NCBI GenBank assembly: GCA_018714165.1 | Contig: DVNU01000089.1 | Span: 832-64,831, forward strand | Direction of reading: 5' to 3' | Length of the DNA stretch: 64,000 bases | Source of the DNA: Candidatus Coproplasma excrementipullorum | GTDB taxonomy: Bacteria > Bacillota > Clostridia > Christensenellales > Borkfalkiaceae | Shown: piece after piece, positions 17,475 through 25,422 of the stretch | Position numbering within the stretch: the stretch's first letter is position 1 | Layout: each line of letters begins with the position of its first letter | Position numbers and translations under genes: made by a program | Notes under the pieces: generated by a model | The model's input: the letters and a program-made list of their open reading frames with translations, nothing else | The model's database searches: none | What the model was told of the DNA's origin: nothing

Positions 17475-18668
17475 ATGAGCACCATAAACATTCCAAGCAT
17501 GTATCTTCCCGCCGTGCGGGATCTTTCGGCCTGGGCCGTCGTCGCCTGCGACCAGTTCACGTCGGACGGCGAATACTGGCGCAACCTTCAGGCCTTTGTG
17601 GGCGATAAACCCTCGACGCTCAATCTCATTTACCCCGAAATATACCTCAACCACGATCCTGAAGAGCGCATCAGGCGCATAAACGAAAAGATGTATTCCT
17701 ACCTCAACGGCGGCGTGTTCAAGAGGGCGGACGGCCTCATTCTCGTCGAGCGCACAACCCAATCCGGCACGCGCACGGGCATCATGCTCTCCATCGATCT
17801 GGAGGACTACTCCTTCTTAAAGGGCAGTTCCGCGCTCATCCGCTCCACAGAGGCAACGATTATGGAGCGCATCCCTCCCCGCGTAAAGATCCGCGAAAAC
17901 GCGCCCATAGAGCTGCCGCATATAATGTTACTGTACGACGACCGCGAAGGCGCCGTTTTATCCTCCGTCGTCCGCGGACAGACTGTGTACGATTTCGACC
18001 TCAACATGGGCGGAGGACACGTGGCGGGAACGCTTGTATCCAACCCCGAAGAAGTGCTCGAAAAACTGTATTCGCTGGCGGATACTGATGGGTGTATGCG
18101 CAGATACGGAAGGGAGGAGAGACTGTTGTTCCTCGTCGGCGACGGCAACCATTCGCTGGCCGCGGCCAAGACCTGCTGGGACAATTTAAAGGAAAATTTA
18201 ACCGAAGAGGAGAGGCTCAGCCACCCCGCGCGCTATGCCCTTGTGGAGGTTGTGAACCTGCACGACCCCGCGCTTAAGTTTGAACCCATTCACCGCTTTG
18301 TCAGGACAGATTATCCCGATATGTTTATGAAAAACCTCAGCCTGGGCGGCGAGGGCAGGGCGGTAATCGCCGTGCACGGCAGGCGCGGCGCCATTCATTT
18401 CCCCGCAGATATCCCCGAAGGAATACGCGCACTGGACGAATATATAGCCTCGTTCATCTCGCAGTACGGCGGCTCGGTCGACTATATTCACGGCGATGAC
18501 GAACTCAAGGAGCTCTCCCGCGAGGGTGTGGGAATAATGCTCCCCGCAATCTCCAAGGACGATCTGTTCCGCTACGTGATCGAAGGCGGAAACCTGCCCA
18601 GAAAGACCTTCTCGATGGGCGACGGCAACGAAAAGAGATATTACATAGAGGCAAAGGCAATCAAGTAA
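17475..18668 (+). CDS. DUF1015 family protein
   Basis: The start is at MSTINIP, after aaaggagga. The sequences AVVACDQFTS and LVGDGNHSLAAAK match my memory of the DUF1015 ADGHHR-type motif. Confidence 0.65.
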   Translation: MSTINIPSMYLPAVRDLSAWAVVACDQFTSDGEYWRNLQAFVGDKPSTLNLIYPEIYLNHDPEERIRRINEKMYSYLNGGVFKRADGLILVERTTQSGTRTGIMLSIDLEDYSFLKGSSALIRSTEATIMERIPPRVKIRENAPIELPHIMLLYDDREGAVLSSVVRGQTVYDFDLNMGGGHVAGTLVSNPEEVLEKLYSLADTDGCMRRYGREERLLFLVGDGNHSLAAAKTCWDNLKENLTEEERLSHPARYALVEVVNLHDPALKFEPIHRFVRTDYPDMFMKNLSLGGEGRAVIAVHGRRGAIHFPADIPEGIRALDEYIASFISQYGGSVDYIHGDDELKELSREGVGIMLPAISKDDLFRYVIEGGNLPRKTFSMGDGNEKRYYIEAKAIK

Positions 18669-18672
18669 AATT

Positions 18673-19998
18673 ATGGCTTTAAAAGTTTGCAAATTCGGCG
18701 GCACGTCCATGGCGGACGGCCACACGATGACAAAGGTAAAAAATATAATCCAGAGCGACCCCGACAGGCATTTTGTCGTCGTTTCGGCGCCCGGCAAGCG
18801 CTTTTCGGGTGACACAAAGGTGACTGACCTGCTCTATAAGTGCAACGACGATATCCGCGAGCACGGCGACTGCGCCCTTGCCTTTTCCGATGTGCGCAAG
18901 CGCTTCGAGGGCATTGTAAAGGAACTCAACCTCGACTTCGATATGGCTGCCGTTCTCGATGAAACCGAGCGGCGCATAGACGAGGAGAGGAGCGAGGAGT
19001 TCACCGCTTCGCGCGGCGAATATCTTGCCGCGGTGGTAATGGCCCAGCTTCTAGGCGCCAAGTTTATCGATGCGGAGGATGTCATCTTCTTCGACGAAAG
19101 CGGCGCCTTCGACGGAAAAAAGAGCTACGCAGCCATCTCCGAGGCGGTGAAGGGTGTAAGCCTTGCGGTGTTCCCCGGCTTCTACGGCAGGGGCGCCGAC
19201 GGCAAAATCAAGACCTTTTCGCGCGGCGGTTCGGATATATCGGGCGCCATAGTTGCGCGCGCGGTTGGCGCCAGCGTGTACGAAAACTGGACGGATGTCT
19301 CCGGATTTCTCGCCTGCGACCCGCGCATAGTCGACAGCCCCAAGCGCATCAAGGCACTCTCCTATAAGGAACTTCGCGAGCTCTCGTATATGGGCGCCAA
19401 CGTGCTCCATTCTGAGAGTATCTTCCCCGTGCGCAGGGCAAATATTCCCATTTTAATCAAAAATACCTTCCGTCCCGAAGACGAGGGTACTTCCATTCTG
19501 CCCATTGCCCAGTACAAACCCAGCGGCAATATAGTCACGGGCATAGCGGGCAAGAAGAATTTCACCGTCATCTTCATTGAAAAGTCGCATATGAATTCAG
19601 AGGTCGGTTTTGTCCGCAAGGTGCTGTCCGTGCTCGAACGCTTCGGCGTTTCGGTCGAACATATCCCTTCGGGAATCGATACAATGTCCGTTGTGGTCGA
19701 CAGCGACGGCCTCGACAATTTCAAGCTCGAACAGATTTTAGAGAGCATCAAGGCCGAAGTCGAGCCCGACTTTATGCGCGTCAGCGAAAATGTCGCCCTC
19801 ATCGCCACCGTCGGTCACGGTATGTCGTCGTCGATAGGCACTTCTGCCCGCCTCTTCAAGGCGCTTGCCGACGCGGGCGTTAACGTCAAAATGATAGACC
19901 AGGGCTCGTCCGAGCTCAACATCATCGTCGCCGTCAAAAACGATGATATGGATAAGTGCATTGCCGCCATCTACCGCGAATTTTTCGGCAACAATTAA
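18673..19998 (+). CDS. Aspartate kinase
   Basis: N-terminal KFGGTSMADG. Amino-acid kinase fold followed by two C-terminal ACT-like regions. Confidence 0.85.
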   Translation: MALKVCKFGGTSMADGHTMTKVKNIIQSDPDRHFVVVSAPGKRFSGDTKVTDLLYKCNDDIREHGDCALAFSDVRKRFEGIVKELNLDFDMAAVLDETERRIDEERSEEFTASRGEYLAAVVMAQLLGAKFIDAEDVIFFDESGAFDGKKSYAAISEAVKGVSLAVFPGFYGRGADGKIKTFSRGGSDISGAIVARAVGASVYENWTDVSGFLACDPRIVDSPKRIKALSYKELRELSYMGANVLHSESIFPVRRANIPILIKNTFRPEDEGTSILPIAQYKPSGNIVTGIAGKKNFTVIFIEKSHMNSEVGFVRKVLSVLERFGVSVEHIPSGIDTMSVVVDSDGLDNFKLEQILESIKAEVEPDFMRVSENVALIATVGHGMSSSIGTSARLFKALADAGVNVKMIDQGSSELNIIVAVKNDDMDKCIAAIYREFFGNN

Positions 19999-20017
19999 AT
20001 GGTAAATAAAAGTTAAA

Positions 20018-20056
20018 GAAGCGCCGCGGAGCAATTAAATTGCTCCGCGGCGCTTC
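20018..20056 (+). terminator. Hairpin after the aspartate kinase gene
   Basis: Near-perfect 19-nt arms gaagcgccgcggagcaatt / aattgctccgcggcgcttc. The trailing T-run is weak. Confidence 0.6.
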
Positions 20057-20072
20057 CATTATTCCGTCAATA

Positions 20073-20101
20073 TTGACAGCACGGCCAAGTTGTGCTAAAA
20101 T
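20073..20101 (+). promoter_or_regulatory. Sigma-A promoter with an extended -10
   Basis: TTGACA, 17-nt spacer ending in TGTGC, TAAAAT. Confidence 0.65.
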
Positions 20102-20222
20102 AAATATAAGCACGATTGGTTAGTAAACATATTTGGGTACAAAAGCAATACTAGTATTTAAGCTGCATATGTTGGGCAGTGCGGTTGTTTTTATGTAACA
20201 GTAAAATCTTCAGGAGAGATAT

Positions 20223-21398
20223 ATGATTGAGCTTACTTTTGCCGACGGCGAGGAGATGGGCGCCTATGACGGCGAGAGAACGATAACCTTTAAGAGCGCC
20301 TTTATAGATAAATACAAAAACAACGCGCAGGATATTGCGCGCGCCAAGGCCTGGAAGACTACGGGCTCCGGCGCGGTGTTCCGCGAGGCCTATTCCGACC
20401 CCTCGGCGCTCACCTTCGAAAGCTCGGTTACGGGCGTGTATCCTGCGGGTGAGGGCGATGAGGTGGTGTATTCCTTCAGAATAAACCAGACGTCGGGCAT
20501 CTACAAGCGCCACATTTCCGATGAAAAGACGCCGGAAACGCATGTCATAAATTCGGTTGACCTATCCTTCGGCGGCGGCAGTTTCAACGCGGCCAAGGGC
20601 GAGCTGGCCGTCAGCGTCGGGCGCGGCTATTATAATTCGGACATCGCACTCTTCGACGTCGCCACGGGCGACTGCAAGACGATTACCGAGGGCGACACCG
20701 CCGACGAAGATCCGTTCATCTCCGACGAAGATCCTGATATAATCTACTATGCCTCGCGCGCGGTGGGCAGGGATTCGCACGGCGATTTTGCCGAATTTGC
20801 TCCCTCGGCCATCTACAGGCTCAACCTTGCCACGATGCAGCTCGACGAAGTGGCCTCGTCCAATAAATACGGCTACTTCAAACCCGTCGTGCACAATGGC
20901 GAGCTGTATGCAATCCGTATGCCAGCGGGCAAAAAGAGGGGCAACCCCTTACTTGAAATCGTGCTCATTCCCTACCGCATTTTGCAGGGCATTGCGGGAT
21001 TTATAAATATGTTTGTCAACGTATTTGCGGGCAAAAGTCTTACATCGTCCGGCTCCAACCCCGCCAAGGGGCGCGACTATGACTCGCGCAAAATCGCTAT
21101 CGCAGGCAACCTGGTGGACGTTGAAAAGGAGGCCCGCAAAAACTCCTCCAAAAAGGACAGCGATTACGGCTTTGTCCCCAAAAGCTATGAGCTTGTAAAG
21201 GTTGAAAGCGGCGAAGTGCTCGCCTCAGGCGTGGCCGATTTCGACATCGCGACCGACGGCACAATCTATTACACCAACGGTCGCAGAATTTTCGCCCTTA
21301 AGGACGGCGTTAAAAGAAAGGTGTGCAATACCTCGCTCTGTCTGCGCGTAAGTTGCCGTCACAGCCACAATAAGTCGGCCGATCTCTTCAATTTCTGA
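20223..21398 (+). CDS. Hypothetical protein with beta-propeller-like repeats and an internal hydrophobic segment
   Basis: 391 aa. RBS aggagag. Recurrent blade-like strings IIYYASR, ELYAIR and TIYYTNGRRIFAL. Hydrophobic helix LLEIVLIPYRILQGIAGFINMFVNVFAG. Confidence 0.5.
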   Translation: MIELTFADGEEMGAYDGERTITFKSAFIDKYKNNAQDIARAKAWKTTGSGAVFREAYSDPSALTFESSVTGVYPAGEGDEVVYSFRINQTSGIYKRHISDEKTPETHVINSVDLSFGGGSFNAAKGELAVSVGRGYYNSDIALFDVATGDCKTITEGDTADEDPFISDEDPDIIYYASRAVGRDSHGDFAEFAPSAIYRLNLATMQLDEVASSNKYGYFKPVVHNGELYAIRMPAGKKRGNPLLEIVLIPYRILQGIAGFINMFVNVFAGKSLTSSGSNPAKGRDYDSRKIAIAGNLVDVEKEARKNSSKKDSDYGFVPKSYELVKVESGEVLASGVADFDIATDGTIYYTNGRRIFALKDGVKRKVCNTSLCLRVSCRHSHNKSADLFNF

Positions 21399-21484
21399 TA
21401 CAGTTGATACAATTTTTATAATACAGTTAAATCAGTTAATATAGTTAATACATAAAATTGCGGTGGCAAATCAGTATTTTTTAC

Positions 21485-21513
21485 TTTACAATTGCCCAAA
21501 AATTATATATAAT
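21485..21513 (+). promoter_or_regulatory. Sigma-A promoter of the ileS leader
   Basis: TTTACA, 17-nt spacer, TATAAT. Confidence 0.65.
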
Positions 21514-21519
21514 AAGCTT

Positions 21520-21771
21520 ACAATTTAATCTTAAAAGGCGTTTACAAAGGACAACGCCGCACATCACACCCCACAAAGAGAGCTCCGCAATTTGGTGAAA
21601 GCGGGCGGGAAGGAGGTGCGCGGTTATCACCTTTCAGCCTGCGCCCCCAACAGTGATAAGTAAGGGCGCACGGGTTCGCAATCCGTCATCATCTGCGGCA
21701 AATGTCAGTTTGTTTTGGTGGTTTACAAGCACTATATAGGTGTCCAAACGGCGCTTATATTGTGCTTTTTT
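21520..21771 (+). promoter_or_regulatory. T-box leader, probably Ile-specific
   Basis: AGAGAG box. GGTGAAAG distal-loop-like element. Candidate specifier ATC followed by A (ggttATCAcc). T-box core TGGTGGT overlaps the 5' arm of the terminator gcactatata...tatattgtgc, which is followed by T6. Confidence 0.6.
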
Positions 21772-21773
21772 AT

Positions 21774-21919
21774 TTAGGGAACAGGGTTTAGTGAGTAGGG
21801 TATAGGGAAGGTAAAAGAGAATGCGGCTTTTAGCCGCCTGCTACATTATAAAATAATTCAACCACCCTAACCCCTATCCCCTAACCCCTATCCCCTAACC
21901 CCTATCCCCTAACCCCTAA
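21774..21919. repeat. G-rich/C-rich inverted element ending in a (CCCCTAW)7 tandem heptad array
   Basis: The left arm carries TTTAGGG, ACAGGG, GTAGGG and TATAGGG. The central hairpin is gcggc-tttta-gccgc. The right arm is CCCTAA followed by seven perfect CCCCTA(A/T) heptads at 21871-21919. Confidence 0.85.
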
Positions 21920-21947
21920 TCACTATATTATTTTAAGGAAATGATTT

Positions 21948-24900
21948 ATGTACGAGAAAGTAGACACATCTTTAAATTTCGTTGAACGCGAAAAACAAAT
22001 CAATAAATTCTGGGAAGATAATCACATCTTCGAAAAATCAGTCAGGAAGAACGAGGGCGGGGAGGAGTTCTCCTTCTACGACGGCCCCCCCACGGCCAAC
22101 GGCAAGCCGCACATCGGCCACATTTTAACGAGGGTTATGAAGGATATAATCCCCCGTTACCAGACAATGAAGGGCAAGCACGTTCTTCGCAAGGCTGGCT
22201 GGGATACGCACGGCCTTCCCGTAGAGCTTGAGGTCGAAAAATCGCTCGGCATCGACGGCAAACAACAGATTGAAAGCTACGGCATAGAGCCCTTCATCAA
22301 GCAGTGCAAACAGTCGGTGTGGAAGTATAAGTCAGAGTGGGAGAAGATGAGTGAGCGCGTCGGCTATTGGGCCGATATGGAGCACCCCTACATCACCTAT
22401 GACGACAACTACATCGAGTCCGAGTGGTGGGCCTTAAAGGAGATGCACAAAAAGGGCCTTTTATACAAGGGCCACAAAATCGTTCCCTACTGCCCCCGCT
22501 GCGGCACGGCGCTCTCCTCGCACGAGGTCGCCCAGGGCTACAAGCTCGTAAAGGAAAATTCCGTCGTCGCCCGCTTCAGGGTAAATGGCGAGGACAACCG
22601 CTATATCCTGGCCTGGACGACCACGCCCTGGACTCTGCCCTCCAACGTCGCTCTGTGCGTCAACCCTGACGAACCCTATGTAGAAATCGAGAGCGACGGC
22701 ACGCACTATATCCTCGCAAAGGCGCTTGTCGGAAACTTCTTCGAGGAGTACAAAATTCTTGCCGAAAAGCCCGGCAAGGAGTGGGAGGGGCTGGAATATG
22801 AGCCGCTCTTCCCCGAAACCACGGCCGAGATCGCCCGCATATCCCCCGTCTCGGCCCCTATAAAGGCGCACTATGTCGTCTGCGATACCTATGTAACCAT
22901 GGGCGACGGCACGGGCGTCGTTCACATTGCACCCGCATTCGGTGAGGACGACTACAAGGTGGGCAAAAAGTACGGCCTTCCCGTCGTTCAGCTCGTCAAC
23001 GAGCAGGGCTGCTTCGATAACCGCTTCCCCTCGCTCGACGGAATTTTCGCTAAAAAGGCCGATAAATCCATAATAGAGCGCCTCGAAAAGGAGGGCAAGT
23101 TCTTCAAGGTGGTGCCCTTTGAGCACGATTATCCCCACTGCTGGCGTTGCGATACGCCCCTTCTGTACTACGCGCGCTCGTCGTGGTTTATCGAGGTCAC
23201 AAAGGTAAAGGACGACATAATCGCCGCCAACCGTTCGGTAAACTGGATGCCCGAAACCATAAAGGAAGGCAGAATGGGCAACTTCCTCGAATATGTGATA
23301 GACTGGGGCCTCTCGCGCGACAGGTATTGGGGCACGCCCCTGCCCGTCTGGGTCTGCCCCGACTGCGGAGAGATAGAGGTCATCGGCTCCAAGGCCGAAC
23401 TCAAGCAAAAGTGCGGCATGCCTGCCGACAAGGATATCGAACTGCACAGGCCCTATCTTGACGATTTAACCTGCACCTGCCCCAAGTGCGGCGGCAAGAT
23501 GAAGCGCACGCCCGAAGTTATCGACTGCTGGTTCGATTCGGGTTCGATGCCCTTTGCGCAGTATCACTATCCGTTTGAAAATAAAAATCTGTTTGACGAG
23601 ACATTCCCCGCCGACTTCATATCCGAAGCCGTCGACCAGACCCGCGGCTGGTTCTATACCCTGCTCGTCATCAACACCATACTCTTCGGCCGCGCGCCCT
23701 TCAAAAACTGCATAGTATTGGGGCACGTAAACGATAAAAACGGCATAAAGATGTCCAAGCACAAGGGCAACGTAGTCGATCCCTGGTCGGTGCTCGATAA
23801 GCAGGGCGCCGACGCCGTGCGCTGGTATTTCTACACCTCATCCGCGCCCTGGCTGCCCTCCAGGTTCTACGAGGAGGCCGTCTCCGAAGTTCAGCGCAAG
23901 TACATCGGCACGGTGTGGAACACCTATGCATTCTTCACCCTGTACGCCGAAATAGATAAATACGACCCTTCCAAGTATAACTTAAAGGATTGCAAGCTGT
24001 CGCTTATAGACAAGTGGATACTGTCCAAGCTCAACTCGCTCATAAAGCTGGTGGACAGCGACCTTGCAGAGTACGAGATAACCGAGTCCGCCCGCGCCCT
24101 TCAGGACTTTGCCGACGTGCTCTCCAACTGGTACGTCCGCCGCGGCCGCGAGCGCTACTGGGGCTCCGAGATGACCGATGACAAGGCCGCGGCATACACC
24201 ACGCTGTACACCGTTCTGGTCACGCTCGCCAAATTGACCGCACCATATACCCCGTTCATTGCCGAGATGATGTACAGAAATCTTGTGCCCAATTTCTTCA
24301 AGGACGCGCCTCAATCGGTACATCTTTGCTCCTTCCCCGTCGCCGACGAGGCTATGATAGACAAGGAGCTTGAACGCGGAATGGACGGCGTTCTGGATAT
24401 CGTCGTTTTAGGCCGCGCGGCGCGCAATGCGGGCAATTTAAAGAACCGTCAGCCCCTTGCTAAGATGGTCGTGGTGACAGCGCGCGACTTCTCGCTCACC
24501 CCCGATGAAGAGCGCATAGTGCTGGACGAACTGAACGTCAAGACCTTCAACGTTGCCGACGACGCAACGCAGTATATAAGTTATAAGTTAAAGCCCCAGC
24601 TAAAGACGCTCGGCCCCAAGTACGGCAAAAAGCTCGGTCAGATTTCGGCCTTTTTGAATACCTGCAACGCCGACGAGATCGTGGCGGCCGTAAAGGACGG
24701 CGGCGTGTTCGAAATCCCCGGTCTAGACGTGTATTTAAAGCAGGAAGATCTGCAAATCTTCACCCAGTCGGCAAACGGCTATGTCGCCGCGGCCGATAAG
24801 GGCATAACCGTAGCACTGGATACCACTCTCACCGAAGAGCTCATAGATGAGGGCGTCGAGCGCGAACTCGTCTCCAGGATACAGAACATGCGTAAAGAGG

Positions 24901-25091
24901 CGGGCTTTGAGGTGACCGACAGGATCAAGGTCTACTACACTGCCGAAGGCAGGGCAAAGAAGGTGCTCGCAAAGGGCGCTTTTGCCGCAGACGTGCTCGC
25001 CCAGAGTATAGAGGAGGGCGAGGGCGAAGGCTTCAGAAAGGAGCAGTCCATCAACGGCGAAAAGGTGACGTTGACCGTTGCAAAACTCTAA
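21948..25091 (+). CDS. ileS: Isoleucine--tRNA ligase (long, type-2-like form)
   Basis: HIGH motif PHIGH, KMSKS motif KMSKHKGN, editing-domain TTPWTLP, 1047 aa. Confidence 0.95.
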   Translation: MYEKVDTSLNFVEREKQINKFWEDNHIFEKSVRKNEGGEEFSFYDGPPTANGKPHIGHILTRVMKDIIPRYQTMKGKHVLRKAGWDTHGLPVELEVEKSLGIDGKQQIESYGIEPFIKQCKQSVWKYKSEWEKMSERVGYWADMEHPYITYDDNYIESEWWALKEMHKKGLLYKGHKIVPYCPRCGTALSSHEVAQGYKLVKENSVVARFRVNGEDNRYILAWTTTPWTLPSNVALCVNPDEPYVEIESDGTHYILAKALVGNFFEEYKILAEKPGKEWEGLEYEPLFPETTAEIARISPVSAPIKAHYVVCDTYVTMGDGTGVVHIAPAFGEDDYKVGKKYGLPVVQLVNEQGCFDNRFPSLDGIFAKKADKSIIERLEKEGKFFKVVPFEHDYPHCWRCDTPLLYYARSSWFIEVTKVKDDIIAANRSVNWMPETIKEGRMGNFLEYVIDWGLSRDRYWGTPLPVWVCPDCGEIEVIGSKAELKQKCGMPADKDIELHRPYLDDLTCTCPKCGGKMKRTPEVIDCWFDSGSMPFAQYHYPFENKNLFDETFPADFISEAVDQTRGWFYTLLVINTILFGRAPFKNCIVLGHVNDKNGIKMSKHKGNVVDPWSVLDKQGADAVRWYFYTSSAPWLPSRFYEEAVSEVQRKYIGTVWNTYAFFTLYAEIDKYDPSKYNLKDCKLSLIDKWILSKLNSLIKLVDSDLAEYEITESARALQDFADVLSNWYVRRGRERYWGSEMTDDKAAAYTTLYTVLVTLAKLTAPYTPFIAEMMYRNLVPNFFKDAPQSVHLCSFPVADEAMIDKELERGMDGVLDIVVLGRAARNAGNLKNRQPLAKMVVVTARDFSLTPDEERIVLDELNVKTFNVADDATQYISYKLKPQLKTLGPKYGKKLGQISAFLNTCNADEIVAAVKDGGVFEIPGLDVYLKQEDLQIFTQSANGYVAAADKGITVALDTTLTEELIDEGVERELVSRIQNMRKEAGFEVTDRIKVYYTAEGRAKKVLAKGAFAADVLAQSIEEGEGEGFRKEQSINGEKVTLTVAKL

Positions 25092-25172
25092 TTGCCCACG
25101 TAATATGCCTTATCTAAAAGGTAAAGATGTAATAAAAGCAATGCATTATTGAATGCACGCTCATAATAAAAC

Positions 25173-25206
25173 AAAAACGCTCATAGTTTATACTATGAGC
25201 GTTTTT
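25173..25206 (+). terminator. ileS terminator hairpin that contains the feoA start codon
   Basis: 15-bp perfect stem aaaaacgctcatagt / actatgagcgttttt, loop ttat. The two 3'-terminal T's of the stem are followed by only tg. Confidence 0.7.
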
Positions 25207-25422
25207 GATCTTAAAAAGGGCGAGAGCGGAAAAATTGTGAGGTTAAAGGCGCGCGGCGCAGTCGCCGCGCGCCTCGCTGCGCTTGGTTTTTCGTGCGGCA
25301 AGGTAGTCACCGCGCTGTCGTTCAGTCTGTTTAATTCAAGCATATTGGTGGGGATAGGTCCGTCCCGCGTGGCCCTACGCGCCGCAGTCGCGCGCGGAAT
25401 AGAGGTGGAAAAATGCACATAG
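25195..25422 (+). CDS. feoA: Ferrous iron transport protein A
   Basis: 75 aa. FeoA-like sequences LKKGESGKIVRL and RLAALGFSCGKVV. It overlaps the feoB start. I saw no SD sequence. Confidence 0.7.
   Translation: MSVFDLKKGESGKIVRLKARGAVAARLAALGFSCGKVVTALSFSLFNSSILVGIGPSRVALRAAVARGIEVEKCT

Noticed and set aside
20087-20102. An identical 16-mer, AAGTTGTGCTAAAATA, is shared by the promoters at 20087-20102 and 29526-29541. A near-copy, GTTGTGGTAAAATA, occurs at 52141-52154. I first read this as a shared regulator site.
   Set aside because: The shared part is essentially the Firmicute -16 TRTG element plus an extended -10 (TGnTAWAAT). The similarity is explained by strong sigma-A promoter consensus, not by a specific operator.
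21865-21919. The heptad array CCCCTAW x7 considered as a CRISPR array or a true telomere.
   Set aside because: The repeats are 7 nt long and contiguous, with no spacers, so this is not a CRISPR array. The array is internal to a gene-dense chromosomal region, between a T-box and ileS, so it is not a replicon end.
22461-23447. A 328-aa ORF antisense to ileS. Similar long antisense or alternate-frame ORFs are listed at 4827-5504, 31499-32584, 36028-36639, 44878-45603, 46506-47027, 55668-56465, 58395-58997 and 61054-61578.
   Set aside because: Each lies entirely inside a gene that has strong family motifs on the other strand or in another frame. They have Arg/Gly/Ala/His-rich, low-complexity translations and no RBS. 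This is the pattern expected from stop-codon depletion in GC-rich coding DNA.
25142-25157. The palindrome TGCATT-ATTG-AATGCA upstream of feoA considered as a Fur box.
   Set aside because: It does not match the Fur 7-1-7 consensus TGATAAT-n-ATTATCA. It is only a 6-bp inverted repeat in AT-rich DNA, which could arise by chance. I am not calling it a feature.
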